Origin: Dendrobates tinctorius
Lineage: Eukaryota
NCBI RefSeq assembly: GCF_039654945.1
Contig: NW_027361679.1
Span: 101,742,001-101,806,000 of the forward strand
Length of the DNA: 64,000 bases
Direction: 5' to 3'
Part shown: positions 49,734 through 61,998 of the stretch, piece after piece
How positions within the stretch are numbered: position 1 is the first letter of the stretch
Layout of the letters: each line of letters opens with the position of its first letter
Made by a program: the position numbers and the translations under genes
Notes under the pieces: generated by a model
The model's input: the letters and a program-made list of their open reading frames with translations, nothing else
Told to the model about the DNA's origin: nothing
Databases searched by the model: none

Positions 49734-50135
49734 ACCATAGGTATCTCCCATGTTTAGCTATCGCTCAATCAAACTGAAATAGTACGATGTGCATTAAATT
49801 AGAACCCATATACTGTAATAGTAGCTTTATTATTAAGTGATGGTTGAAAATTGAATAACAATGCTAAATCAATTATTAAAAATATAATATACAGTAAAAA
49901 ACTTTATTATTATAACCCATTGCTACAATAACCAAAGTGTATAATTAAAGAGCATGATTAAAGTGCAGAAAATGCATGTTGTTCTTTCATCTCTCATCAC
50001 ACAGTCAACAACAACGATAACAATGGAGAAAAAATATATCAATCTATATAGACAATATAATAAAAATGATAAAATAGTGCAACAAAAATAATAGAGTACA
50101 TTTAAAAGGGTAGCTTAGTGATATAGAGTGCATAA

Positions 50136-51654
50136 GGCCTGTTTCACACTTGCTTTTTTTTGCAGCGCATTTTTCCCGCAAAAAAACGCATTGAAAAACG
50201 CATACAAAAGCATACAACTGCTGCGTTTTTTTCAAGCATTTTTATGAGCATGCATGAAAAAAACGCAGCGTTTTTATGCGTTTGTATGCGTTTTTAGTGC
50301 GTTTTTACCGCGTTTGCGTTTTTTCCAACATTAGGTGGCCCCTCACACTAACCCAAACCATGACTTTACTAACCCTAACCCTGACCCTAACCCTAACCCT
50401 AACCCTTAACCAAACCATACTTAACCCTAACCCTGACCCTAACCCTTAACCAAACCATACTTAACCCTAACCCAAACCCTAACTAACCTTAACCCTAACC
50501 CTAACCCTGACCCTAACCCTAACCCTTAACCAAACCAAACTTAACCCTAACCCTGACCCTAACCCTTAACCAAACCATACTTAACCCTAACCCAAACATT
50601 AACTAACCTTAACCCTAACCCTAACCCTGACCCTAACCCTAACCCTGACCCTAACCCTAACCCTTAACCAAACCATACTTAACCCTGACCCTAACCCTTA
50701 ACCAAACCATACTTAACCCTNNNNNNNNNNNNNNNNNNNNNNNNNNNNNNNNNNNNNNNNNNNNNNNNNNNNNNNNNNNNNNNNNNNNNNNNNNNNNNNN
50801 NNNNNNNNNNNNNNNNNNNNNNNNNNNNNNNNNNNNNNNNNNNNNNNNNNNNNNNNNNNNNNNNNNNNNNNNNNNNNNNNNNNNNNNNNNNNNNNNNNNN
50901 NNNNNNNNNNNNNNNNNNNNNNNNNNNNNNNNNNNNNNNNNNNNNNNNNNNNNNTTAACCCTNNNNNNNNNNNNNNNNNNNNNNNNNNNNNNNNNNNNNN
51001 NNNNNNNNNNNNNNNNNNNNNNNNNNNNNNNNNNNNNNNNNNNNNNNNNNNNNNNNNNNNNNNNNNNNNNNNNNNNNNNNNNNNNNNNNNNNNNNNNNNN
51101 NNNNNNNNNNNNNNNNNNNNNNNNNNNNNNNNNNNNNNNNNNNNNNNNNNNNNNNNNNNNNNNNNNNNNNNNNNNNNNNNNNNNNNNNNNNNNNNNNNNN
51201 NNNNNNNNNNNNNNNNNNNNNNNNNNNNNNNNNNNNNNNNNNNNNNNNNNNNNNNNNNNNNNNNNNNNNNNNNNNNNNNNNNNNCCCTAACTCTAACCCA
51301 AACCCCTAAATTCCATGGTTAACAAAAAAAAAACGCATGTGCAAAAAAACGCATACATAAGCATGCCAATGCGCACATATGCGCACCCATAGACTTATAT
51401 TATGTGTCTTGCTGTAAAAAAACGCATTGCGCGCGCATGCGTTTTTTTTAGGCAAATCGGACGCACAAAAAATGCAACAAGTTGCATTTTGTGCGCCCGA
51501 GCGCATACCGCAAAAAAACGCATGCGCGGTAAAACGCGTACAAACGCATGTGTATGCGCACATAAGCGCATCCCATGCAAAGTATAGGAAAAAAAACGCA
51601 TGCGCTATTTAGCGCTAAATTACCGCGAAAAAAAACGCAAATGTGAAACCAGCC
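50136..51654. mobile_element. PIF/Harbinger-type MITE containing a telomere-like array (spans assembly gaps)
   Basis: TIRs GGCCTGTTTCACACTTGC / GCAAATGTGAAACCAGCC; TAA on both sides. Confidence 0.7.
50348..51309. repeat. Degenerate interstitial (CCCTAA)n array with higher-order unit
   Basis: CCCTAA/CCCTGA/CCCAAA mixed with CCCTTAACCAAACCATACTTAA; mostly N from 50721 to 51284. Confidence 0.9.
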
Positions 51655-51841
51655 TAAGCTTTATAGAAATTATGCAAAGCCCAATTTTTGATTGGGCACT
51701 CATTTTGGGTCCACAGACATTTTAAGTTACCCCCCCCCCCCCCGATACTGCTCATATTATTTTGCTGTTCTTTTGGATTTTTCATAGAAAACCTCTATGT
51801 GACAATGAATTGTGTTCTTTTTAATGTCTTATAATAAAAAT

Positions 51842-52166
51842 TAGTGATGAGTGAATGTAGTCTGATAAGGTGGTATCTAAATCTGCTAAATCTGAGCATG
51901 CTCATGTCCTCATTGAGTATTTTCGGCATGCTCGAAAAAGATGTTCAAATCCCCGTAGCTGCATGTCTCGCGGCTGTTCTACAGCCACAACACAAACATC
52001 GATTTCCTGTTTGTTAGGCAATCACTGCATGTGCTGCAGTTGTCGAACAGCCACGAGACATGCAGCTGCGGGGACTCGAACATTTTTTTCGAGCACGCCG
52101 AAGACACTCGGTTAGCACTGAGCATGCTCAGATAACACCTTATCCCAGCACGTTCACTCATCACTA
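51842..52166. mobile_element. Palindromic hAT MITE
   Basis: TIR TAGTGATGAGTGAA / TTCACTCATCACTA; TSD ATAAAAAT / ATAAAGAT (7 of 8); internally self-complementary. Confidence 0.82.
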
Positions 52167-52927
52167 ATAAAGATGTATTTTTGCTCATATGATTGCATTA
52201 TGCCTCTATTTTCTATGGTGGTGTATGTAATTATGGAGCCGCAACGAGCAATAATTACCCGATTATCTATGGTAGGATACTATACAGATGCTTTGCATGT
52301 ACTCCTCCTATGTAAGTGGTACCTTATGAATAGCGTTTTAAATATACTGAAGAACGGACAGTGTTCTGAGTAGCCGTAAAAAGATATCTAAATTTACAGA
52401 TAAGTACACTGTTCTGCTGGTTATACAATAGACACAAGCACAGACTTCCACTGTTCACAGCTTTATGTACGCTGCCATTTCCAATCTACACTGGAAACAG
52501 AAGCGTGAATGCATGTGTGCATAGCAGAGTTATATGTTTGCAGAACTATCAGTGTGTTTAGAGGGAATCTGTCACCCCTTTTTTGAGATATCATATAATG
52601 ATATCATTCAATTGTGAGTCACATAAGGATTCTCTTAGTACTTTTGCTTCCCCCTGACCCCGCACCTTTCATGCATAAATACCTTTTTTATATCGGTTCA
52701 GATGTATGTAAACTGCCGCTGTCCGGTCCGATGGGTGGGGCTTATTCACCTGCTCCCCCCCTCCCTGTCTTGCTCTACGCATTTCTTCTTGTGTAGAGCA
52801 AAGTGTATTACGTCTGCAAAGAGAGTGAGATTCAGACCCTGGCTTCCAGAGAATCTTATCTTATCTCGTATATTTCTACAGGATCGAGTCCTGTTAAGAA
52901 CACTACCTTCTTTTACCCCTTAAGTGG

Positions 52928-52965
52928 ACTCACTGATGAAGGGGTAGCGAAACACGTGTTGGAGT
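52928..52965 (+). ncRNA. Degenerate minimal hammerhead ribozyme (Penelope-type remnant)
   Basis: ACTCA CTGATGA AGGGGTAGC GAAA CACGTG TT GGAGT; stem II poorly paired. Confidence 0.55.
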
Positions 52966-53154
52966 GGTGAGGGGTTGGGACATGCCCCCATTGTAATTAC
53001 CATATATTTACCTTGACATTTTAATTTTATGAGTCCTTTTAAATTTGGCTTTGTGCAATATACTATTGGAGAATATTTCACAATATGTATTTGTGTTTGT
53101 CAGTAGACCCCTATTTATTAAAATCTTTTTTATAAAATATATATACATTACTTA

Positions 53155-55255
53155 TCTGTATATATAAAGCTGAGTGTATGTATGTGTGTATGTATCAAGC
53201 CATGCCCATTTCACATAGCACCCACCCACTCCACATAGCCACACTCACTCCACATGCAAAGCCCCGTCCACACGGCTCACGTTATTGGCACACACAGGCG
53301 TAGACACATTCACCTCGAAAGCCACCCTGCAAAACTCACCGGCTGCGACGTCCCAGCCGCTACGAGCTACAATCAGGTCCTGTCATGATCCATGCTGGAT
53401 CAGGACATATAAAAAGCACAGGTAACCTTTTTTTTTTCTTAAGCTGTGCTTAAGGTTGGTTTTTGCCCCCGGTGGCCATTAGGATTATTGCACTGTGGTG
53501 TCGTTTGTTCTAAGTTTGCCCCCGGTGGTGGTGAGCGTCATTGCACTCTAGTTTCTTTAGTTAAGTGCACATGTTTATTATGCAGGGGTGATTGCTGGCT
53601 CTGCTATAAAAGAGTCACAGGTGTTGCAATCAGTGTTGGTGATAGTGTTCATTTCAACCATCCTTGGTGGAGGAAGGAGCTGGAGAGCGTTCCATGCAGC
53701 ACTGTCTAGCCTGGTGTGAAAGGAGTCATATGGGATTTCCTTGTACCTCTGACAGAGCTTGGTGGCCGCGATTCAGGAGGAGAGCTGCATGCTGGTGGTG
53801 GACTCTGTTGCCAGGAGCAAGTGCAACAGAGTAAAGCTAAGTGGTGTCTCCCTGTTTGTGTTTTTCCTTAGTGTGCATTAGTACAGCAGTGGGGCCAGTG
53901 CCTGCGCCACCCAGTTCCCTAGCAAGGGATAGGTGTAGGGTGTGCTAGGGCGACAGGTTCCTGATCTGCGCCTGGTGCGGAACCAGCATAGGGAACGTTA
54001 GAAGCGTTAGGGACACTGACTCAGGGGAGTGCAGGAGGTCTCCACGTCCCCTTCCCTATCGCAGGGCCCACTGTTGTAACTGTTTCCCTTCCCTTTGTCT
54101 TGTTTTAGTTACCGGCCTGCGAGCTGTGTCACACAGGACAATATCACGTGCCGCGTCCTGTTATTCTAGTTACCGGCTTGCTGGTCGTGTCACACAGGAC
54201 GGGTCCATGTGACAGGTCCGCTGCCTTCCAAGTATCAGTGCATGGCAGGCAAAAGCCACATCTAGCTCCATCATGTCTAGAATGGAGTTGCTCCTGTGAG
54301 GCATGACATCAAGGGAAAGGGAGGAGCCTCATGGATTACACCACTGTGCTCATAACAAGAAGTTGCTGTGAATGTGTGAGGGGAAAATGGGAGGAGTGAG
54401 GGGGAAATGAGAGGAGTGAGGGGAAAATAGTGGAATGAGGGAAAAATGAGAGGTGTGAGGGGGAAATTGAGAGGAGTGTGGGGGAAAATGATAAATGTGA
54501 GGGGGGAAAATGAGAGAAGTGAGGTGCTGCTGCAGTATGAGGCTGTGCATAGAGAAGAGTAAGGCGCTGCAGGTGGAGTCTGTGTATAAGGCCACATTCA
54601 CACGTTCAGTATTTGGTCAGTATATTACCTCAGTATTTATAAGCCAAAACCACGAGTGGGAGAAAAATACAGGAGTGGTGACGTATTTCTAATATACTTT
54701 TCCTCTGATTGTTTTACTCCAAGTTTTAGCTTACAAATTCTGAGGTAAAAATACTGACCAAATAATGTGTGAACTAGTTCTAAAGGAGAAAAGGGTGGTT
54801 CTGCAGAAGAAGTAGGCTGTGTATACGATACGCTTTATTGCAATTAGTGCAATTTCTCTTGGGATCAAGTGATTCCAATTGTATATGGAAGAGAAGAGTG
54901 AGAGTGTGAGGTGCTCCCAGAGGAGGCAGCTATAAAGGAGAAAAGCTGTGCTGCAGAAAAATGCTGTGTATAAAGGAGGATCGTGAGGTGCAGGAGGAGG
55001 CTGTGTAAAAAGAAGGAGCATGAGGTGCAGGAGGAATAAGGTCCCTTAACTGCCGCCGTTAAAAGTCGTATCGGCAGTCATTAAGGGGATAATATTGTGT
55101 TAAAAAAAATTGCTTCAACAAAATGGCGCCGTTGTATTCCATGTACCAGTGCTATGTTCAACAGCGACAATTTATGTGCAATATAATCATTATAATATGT
55201 TATAACTAACCACAGTTAGTTACTATGCCCGGGCAACGCCGGGCTCTTCAGCTAG
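53155..55255 (+). mobile_element. Non-autonomous Helitron
   Basis: 5' A|TCTGTATATATAAAGCTGAGTGTATGTATG; 3' hairpin GCCCGG-GCAACG-CCGGGC then TCTTCAGCTAG|T; no TSD, inserted at A|T. Confidence 0.8.
53381..54214. mobile_element. Solo LTR nested in the Helitron
   Basis: TGTCA...TGACA termini; 5-bp TSD GGTCC (53376-53380, 54215-54219). Confidence 0.82.
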
Positions 55256-55819
55256 TTATTTATATTTATTTTATCACTTTTCTTATATTTACATTACATT
55301 GCCACAGTGATTACATGCTTCCCAGCCCTAATCATTGTGTGTTAGAGAACATCCAGTCCCCTCTTTTCCTTTCTAGATATTTTTAATGTTTTCTTCTCAT
55401 CTTGTGGTGTTCTGAAATCCATTGGCTGTATACTTCAATACTAATAAAATGATTTCCAGAATAATTATTGCCTAATTTTTCTAATACTGTTGTTCGAGGT
55501 ATATACTCTTAAAAATAGCCCTATCTAGGAGCTGTTTCATGCTTGTGTACCATCAATAAATGACATTTACCAGTATCAGTAAAGTATGAATCCAGGAGAT
55601 GTGTGGCTGACATGGCTGTGACGTAGCAGAGGAAGAAGCCACATGGTTGGAAAAAATATGACACTAAACTCAAAGAAATGTCTGACAGTGTAATGCCAGT
55701 AACGGCAACCCCGTCACAAGCGCTACAGTCTAGCACTATAAAACACAGTGGGCGGCCAGTAGATGTGTAACTGGCAAGGCTGTGAAGTGACAGCATCAGA
55801 AGCCTTGTAGTAGTAAAAT

Positions 55820-56149
55820 ATTGTGAAAAATGAGGATGAATGAACTCATGGAGATCAACATCCAACATCCATGTTGGATGTTGATCTCCATGAGTTCATT
55901 CATCCTCATTTTTCACAGTCTTTTACTAGGCATTGCTCCTACTAGCCAGTTTCCTACTCCACACTGATGAGGGGCAATACCCCGAAACAGCTGTCTGTGG
56001 ATGGATACCATGTTTTGGCATAGGTGGTTTCCTTAATTGAAGACTGCCCTTCCCGTGGTTGTTCCTTCTCGGTGAAAGACCTGGCTAGTCATTGCTTGCG
56101 TTGAGAAACATGTGATGGTGTCTCCGCGGCTCTTGATTTACATGTTTTT
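55820..56149 (+). mobile_element. Short hammerhead-bearing retro-insertion (retrozyme-like or Penelope terminal piece) with 5' fold-back
   Basis: 10-bp TSD GTAGTAAAAT (55810-55819, 56150-56159); perfect palindrome 55822-55917; hammerhead at 55958-56001. Confidence 0.8.
55958..56001 (+). ncRNA. Minimal type I hammerhead ribozyme, intact core
   Basis: Stem I TCCACA/TGTGGA, CTGATGA, stem II GGGG-CAATA-CCCC, GAAA, palindromic stem III CAGCTG, GUC cleavage triplet ending at 55995. Confidence 0.9.
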
Positions 56150-56579
56150 GTAGTAAAATTTGACAGGGTGGGCAAGGAGGTCTGGCAGTATACAGCCAGC
56201 CTTAGCAATGTGATCTAGCACTATAAAACATGGTGGGCAGGCAGGAGATGTTTAGCTAACATGGCTGTGTGCAGTGGCACTGGTAGAAGTGGCACGGCAG
56301 AAAATTATGGCAGGGCATGCAAAGAGATGTTGAGCAGTTGAGGGCCAATGGCGGCAGCAGTACAGTACAGCACTCTAAAACAGAGTCAACAGCCAAGAAA
56401 TGTGTCACTGGGTGGCTGTGAAGAAGCCACATTGTAGAGCAGTTTGACAGGGCAGCAGCTTTACTACAGTAAAGATGACATGATGAACTGGGAGTGGATG
56501 CCTGGCTTAATGCTGGTCATCAGCACTGGTGACAGAACTATGTAAAAAAAACAAAAGGGCAGGCAGATGGTATGGCCAA

Positions 56580-59050
56580 TTTAATAATTGGCTTCAGCCA
56601 TAGATGAATGAAAGTCGGCATTGATCCAAACCCAATAGATTTTGACAAATATAGTATTCCACGTTTGCTGCGGACATCCTGTTCCTTCCCTCTGACATTA
56701 CACTGAATAATGAACATGACCCTATGCTGATAGCAAACTGAGTCAGTTCTTGTCACTGGGCCAATTTTCTGACCAAGATGTACATGGTATCGGGGCAGCG
56801 GGGCTCAAGGTATCTGTCCGAGAAAAGACACTGTCTATATACAACTTGAGCCTGGCTGTTCTGATGCATCTGAGTTTACTGGAGTGCAGTTGATGCAATG
56901 GCAGTTAAAATACCTTTTCCATCATGTAAAAAAATACTATAACTTTTGCCATTGCTTTGGTTACTTGTAGGCCTATCGCTGGCATAGGTGGGGGGTGTTT
57001 GGTTTGTGGAGATCACAGAGGGGTCTGCTGGTCAGTTGTATGGTCAGCAAGCATCCACTCAGTGAAAGCTGTGGAGAGAAGGTAAAACAAATTATCCTTG
57101 AAATAAGCCAAATTGGATTCCCTTTTAGAAGCTGGGAAAAATTCCCCCATTTTGTTTTTACAGTGAGGGTCTAAAACTTTGGCTAATAGTCATCACTTTG
57201 CTTGATGGTAACAATACTCCTGTCATCCCACAAGTATTCCAGCATATAGATTCTTATGCAAGCCAGCATGACGAAGGGCCCCTTTTGCACATTTTCATCA
57301 CCCTATTGTGACGATTGCTTGTCATGACAAGCATCGTCATTGTCATCATCTTCACTTTTACCATAAACTTTGACCCCCATCTGTACCTTCACTTCCAACT
57401 GCTGCTCTTCCTGCTTCCCTTAATTCTTATCTAAATCCTGCAGCATGAAACCTGCACCTGGAGGATCCTCAAGACACAGGAGAGTGATGAACATCTGCAA
57501 GTTTGCTGTTCTTCCTCCATCTTCTCTTGCATTCTGGTGAGTGTTTTTTTTCAAGGATAAAGATGAAGTAGATGACATTGTTGTACCTAGATGTACCTAT
57601 TGATAAATTTCAAAGGGCTTCAATAAGTGACACATTAGCTACCAATGACAGATCTCAATTTAGTCCATGCTCCAGTTTGGTTGTTGCATGATATAGTGCA
57701 TCACCACTTAATGCTGCTTGTACAGACACTCCAACATGCATTGTTTTATTTTATCAGATTGCGATGTAGAAAATCAGGTGGTGCTGTGGCACACTGTCCT
57801 GTTTTTACCCAACCGAGGACATGCTTTGCCACATTAAAAAAATGTTGAAATGAACAGACTCTTTCCTGGTCATAGCCACCACATTCCTGAAGGAGATATA
57901 TGTCTGAAAGAAATGTTGCACAATTAAATTCAGGTCATGAGCTATGCAGGGAGTGTGAATTACTTTGCCGAATCATAAGGTAACCAGAATGTTCAGGGCA
58001 TGAGAGCTTGCAACATTTCCCAGGAGAAGTTGACAGGGAGATAGCCAGCATGAGACTTTTTACTTGGTACACATTAACATTTCCATTGCATTGCTTTTCA
58101 AACCATGCTTTCAAGCTGTAACCATGCTTTCAAAACCTCTTGGGAGTGCTTTTGCTTGCATGAGCAAAAGGAATACGATCTATATGTTGAATAAAGTATC
58201 TACCCTGTGACTGTTGGGGATGGGTTCATGTCTGTTGTGTAACATCCAGAGGAGGTGTTGAGAAAGACAGGTAACCAATTCCTGGTGGTAGAAACAGATG
58301 TAGCTATCAGTTGCGGAGGCTTCACCACCTGTCCTAGTTGCGCTGGTGCATTGCTGTCACTCAAAATATTCAACCAGTGGGCTGTTAAACTAATGTATTG
58401 TCTCTGCCCATAGTGGCTATCCAAGGTGTGTATGGTGTGATATGATTTGGAGGTCAAGCTAATTTGAGAAAGAGAAATAATAACAGCTGGGTATCCTTCA
58501 GCGAGTCTGAGCGCATCTATCTTTTCTCAAAAAGGCAGCCAATTTCACAGCCAGTGCACTACTAGCAACTTGACAAGATAAAGACTGGCACACAAGTGGA
58601 TGACTGGGAGCATACGCCTATTCCCTCATCACACAACTGAGGTTGTTTATCTGCCGTGTGGCAGAGAATGAGTAGTAGCATGACAAGTAGTAGTGGTGAA
58701 TGACGAGGGTGCAGCCTGGCTGATAGAAAGACTGGTGTGGTGAGAAGGGGTAGAAGAATAACTTGAGACATGCTTTGACTAGCCAGCTCGCTTTTACCAG
58801 GTGATGATGCTGATGTAGAGCCATATTTCTTAGACTATACAACCTATACAACCTATAATAGGATGTCCACAGCTTATTTCTCTCTTGCTGGACCTACAGA
58901 CTGACAAATAATTGACAAAATGCAGTTTGACAAAATGCACGTAAGTCAAAATTCTTCTGGGAAAGTATCTTGTGGACAGATGAGACCAAGATAGAGCTTT
59001 GTGGTAAAGCACATCATTCTATTTACTGAAAACAGAACAATGCAAAAGAA
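56580..59050 (-). pseudogene. Ancient, heavily decayed hAT transposase
   Basis: HTIHTLDSHYGQRQYISLTAHWLNI (first catalytic Asp region, 58200..58457); BED-like remnant ~58860-58950; dimerisation-like remnant LTQFAIS..SVMSE at ~56680-56750. Confidence 0.6.
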
Positions 59051-59258
59051 CTCTTATATACTAGAACCTTCATGTATGACTCGTCACCACCTTGACTAGG
59101 TCTTTCAGGTGCTGTTGAGCCTCTTCCATCCATTCAATTCACCATCTACTCCAGAGCTGATTGCAGAACAAGCAGATTTTACTCAAGAGGATATTCTGAG
59201 CACAAAGACTGACTGTTCATCCCTTCCAATAAATCAGCAGGAAGAAGTTGTTCTGGTA

Positions 59259-59501
59259 TTATTTATTTATTATGAGCTGCTTATATAGCACCATAATATT
59301 CCATAGCGCTTTTTCATCACTGTCCCCATTTAGGCTCACAATCTAAATTCCCTAACTCTGAAGTATGTCTTTGGAGTGTGGGAGGAAACCCATGCAAACA
59401 CGGGAAGAACATACAAACTTTTTGCAGATGTTGTCCTTGTTGCAATTTGAACCAAGGACCCCAGGACTGCAAAGGAACAGTGTTAACCATTGAGCCACTG
59501 C
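59259..59501 (-). mobile_element. V-SINE with tRNA-derived head
   Basis: Minus strand GTGGCTCAATGGTTAACACTG (A box), GGTTCAAAT (B box), GGGTTTCCTCCCACACTCCAAAGACATAC, L2-like tail and (TAAA/TAA)n. Confidence 0.8.
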
Positions 59502-60410
59502 GAGTATCTTTTAGCCCCTGGATTAGGGGACTACGGAGAAGAACAGAAAGAGGTGTCATTGATGCACTGAAAATTCCAGCATGTATAATAGAAAAAAATA
59601 TTTTGACGGTGGACTGAGCAGAACACTAAAATGAAGCTGATGGTGTTGCTGTTAGAGGCTTCAACTTCCTGCTGTGAATGAGAAGAGTGATGGGACATAT
59701 TTTTCATTACGGCCTCTGCTTCCATCCCACTAATATAACTGCTGGGATGGTTTCTGTCAGCAGTGCTAGTGCTAATAATAACAAAATAAAGTAGCATAAC
59801 ACTCTATAGCGCTATAGCAACATGAAAAATATAAAATTTGAATTGCATTACTGCTCTAGAAAATATGAAAAATTTATACTAATTAGCGCATAAATTGGCC
59901 AATTCATGTGTACCCGGCATCAGCAATAAGGCGACTCTCATTGCTGGGACATACTGTACCCTATTTGAGACTCCTCTCTTGGGCTAATAGCCTAGATTTA
60001 TATTAGGAGGTAGGATCCTGCTGTAATTAAAACTATTTGAGGCTGAGGGTTGGAGTGCTCAGTCAGAGAGCCTATGTATACAAATGTCAAAAGACTGACC
60101 GTCACTTCCAAACAGAAATCAGGCGTGTACAGGTGCTTTCTAAGAGTAGCCATGTCTATACATAACTAACAAATAAAGTAACGCTCTGTAGTGCTATAGC
60201 ATGCAAACATGAAACATATGAAATTTGAATTGCATTACTGCTCAAGAAGGTAGAAAAAAATTGAGAATACTTAGCACATAAATTTACCAATTAATGCGTA
60301 CCGGCAGCTGCAGTAATGTAATTCAAATTTCCTATATTTCATGTTTGCATGATCCACCACTCAATAGTTTGCTGCACAGATCACTGTGAAATAACACAGT
60401 CACATCTATA

Positions 60411-61505
60411 CCGTCAAGGTTGAAAGTGTTGGCACCCTTGAATTTGTTCCAGAAAATAAAGTATTTCTTCCAGAATATTATTGCACGTATAGATGTTGTG
60501 CTATACACGTTTATTTATTTTGTGTGTATTGGAACACAAAAAAAACAGAGGCGAAAAAATGCAAATTGGACATAATTTCACACAAAAACCCCAAAATGGG
60601 CCAGACAAAATGATGGAACCTTTCAAAAATTGCAAGCATGTGGTGCTCATTCAAACTTACCTGTGTCAAGTAACAGGTGTGGGTAATATGAAAATCACAC
60701 ATGAATCCAAATAAAACTGTCTGAGGACTTGAGAACCAAAATTGTTAAATAATATCAACAATCTCAAGGTTTCCAGTACTTCTCTAGACATCTTTATGTT
60801 CTTTTGTCCATGATGTGCAACATAATCAAGAAGTTTACAACCCATAGCAGTGTAGCTAATCTCCTTGGACGTGAACAGCAGAGAAAAAATGATGAAAAAT
60901 TGCAACGCAAGATGGTGGATAAGCAGCCCCAATCAAGTTCCAAATAAATTCAAGCTGTCCTGCAGGCTCAGGGTGCATCAGTGTCTGTGCAAACTTGCAG
61001 TCGACATTTGAATGAAATTAAACGCTATGCCAGTAGATGGAGGAGGCTCCCACTGCTGACACAGAGACATAGAAAAGTTATACTGCAGCTTGACAACACG
61101 CATGTGAGTAAGCCAAAATCCTTCTGGGAAAGCATCTTGTGGACAGATGAGACCAAGATAGAGATTTTTGGTAAAGCACATCATTCTACTGTTTACCGAA
61201 AACATAACAAGGCCTACAAAGAAAAGAACACAATACCTATAGTCAAATATGGTGGAGGATAAAATATGTTTTGGGGTTGTTTTGCTTGCTCTGGCACTGT
61301 GTGCATTGACTGTGTGCAAGGCATCATGAAATCTGAAAATTTACCAAAGGATTTGGGGTTGCAATGTAGTTCCCAGTGTCAGAAAGTTGGTTTTGCATCA
61401 TTGGTCATGTTCCAATACACACAAAGGAAATCAACAAGTATTCTGGGAGAAATGTTTTATTTTCTTGGATAAGTTCATGGGTGCCAACACTTTTGGCCTT
61501 GACTG
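60411..61505 (+). mobile_element. Tc1-like transposon, internally deleted
   Basis: TIRs CCGTCAAGGTTGAAAGTGTTGGCACCC / GGGTGCCAACACTTTTGGCCTTGACTG; FWESILWTDETKIEIFG, VKYGGG, MFWGCF. Confidence 0.88.
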
Positions 61506-61998
61506 CATAAATGGGACCTTGTTGTTTCACTGTGATCTGTGCAGCAAACTCTGCAGTGGTGGGTCATGTTTGGAAAATGCAGATATAAAAATCTAAATAA
61601 GTTAAATCCATTATGTTTGCTCAATCACATGAGAAGCCACCAGTAAATATTGTGTGAAGTACTGTATAATATGCATCTGCTGAATAAAAAATGTCCCACA
61701 TTGCGCCCCTGAATTCACATATGCAACACACCATTAAAGGGAAACTGTAGACAGGGCTTTCCTGTGAGTACTACTGCCATCAACCTATATGCATCGTAAT
61801 GCACATTCTTCAACCCCTTTATATTCTCATAGTAGTGGCATAGCTTTAATCAATGCTTTTATAAAGGTCCCAAGCTGCATATAAATCTGGACCTATCAGT
61901 TCGATGGCTGTCCACCATCTCTCAACCACCACCTCTCAGAGCCATCCACTCAATCACTTGGCAAATATATCCATACAGCACAGGCCTTTTTTCAGTTA

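Noticed and set aside
50348-51309. True telomere or chromosome-fusion site
   Set aside because: Single orientation, degenerate, internal and bounded by MITE TIRs.
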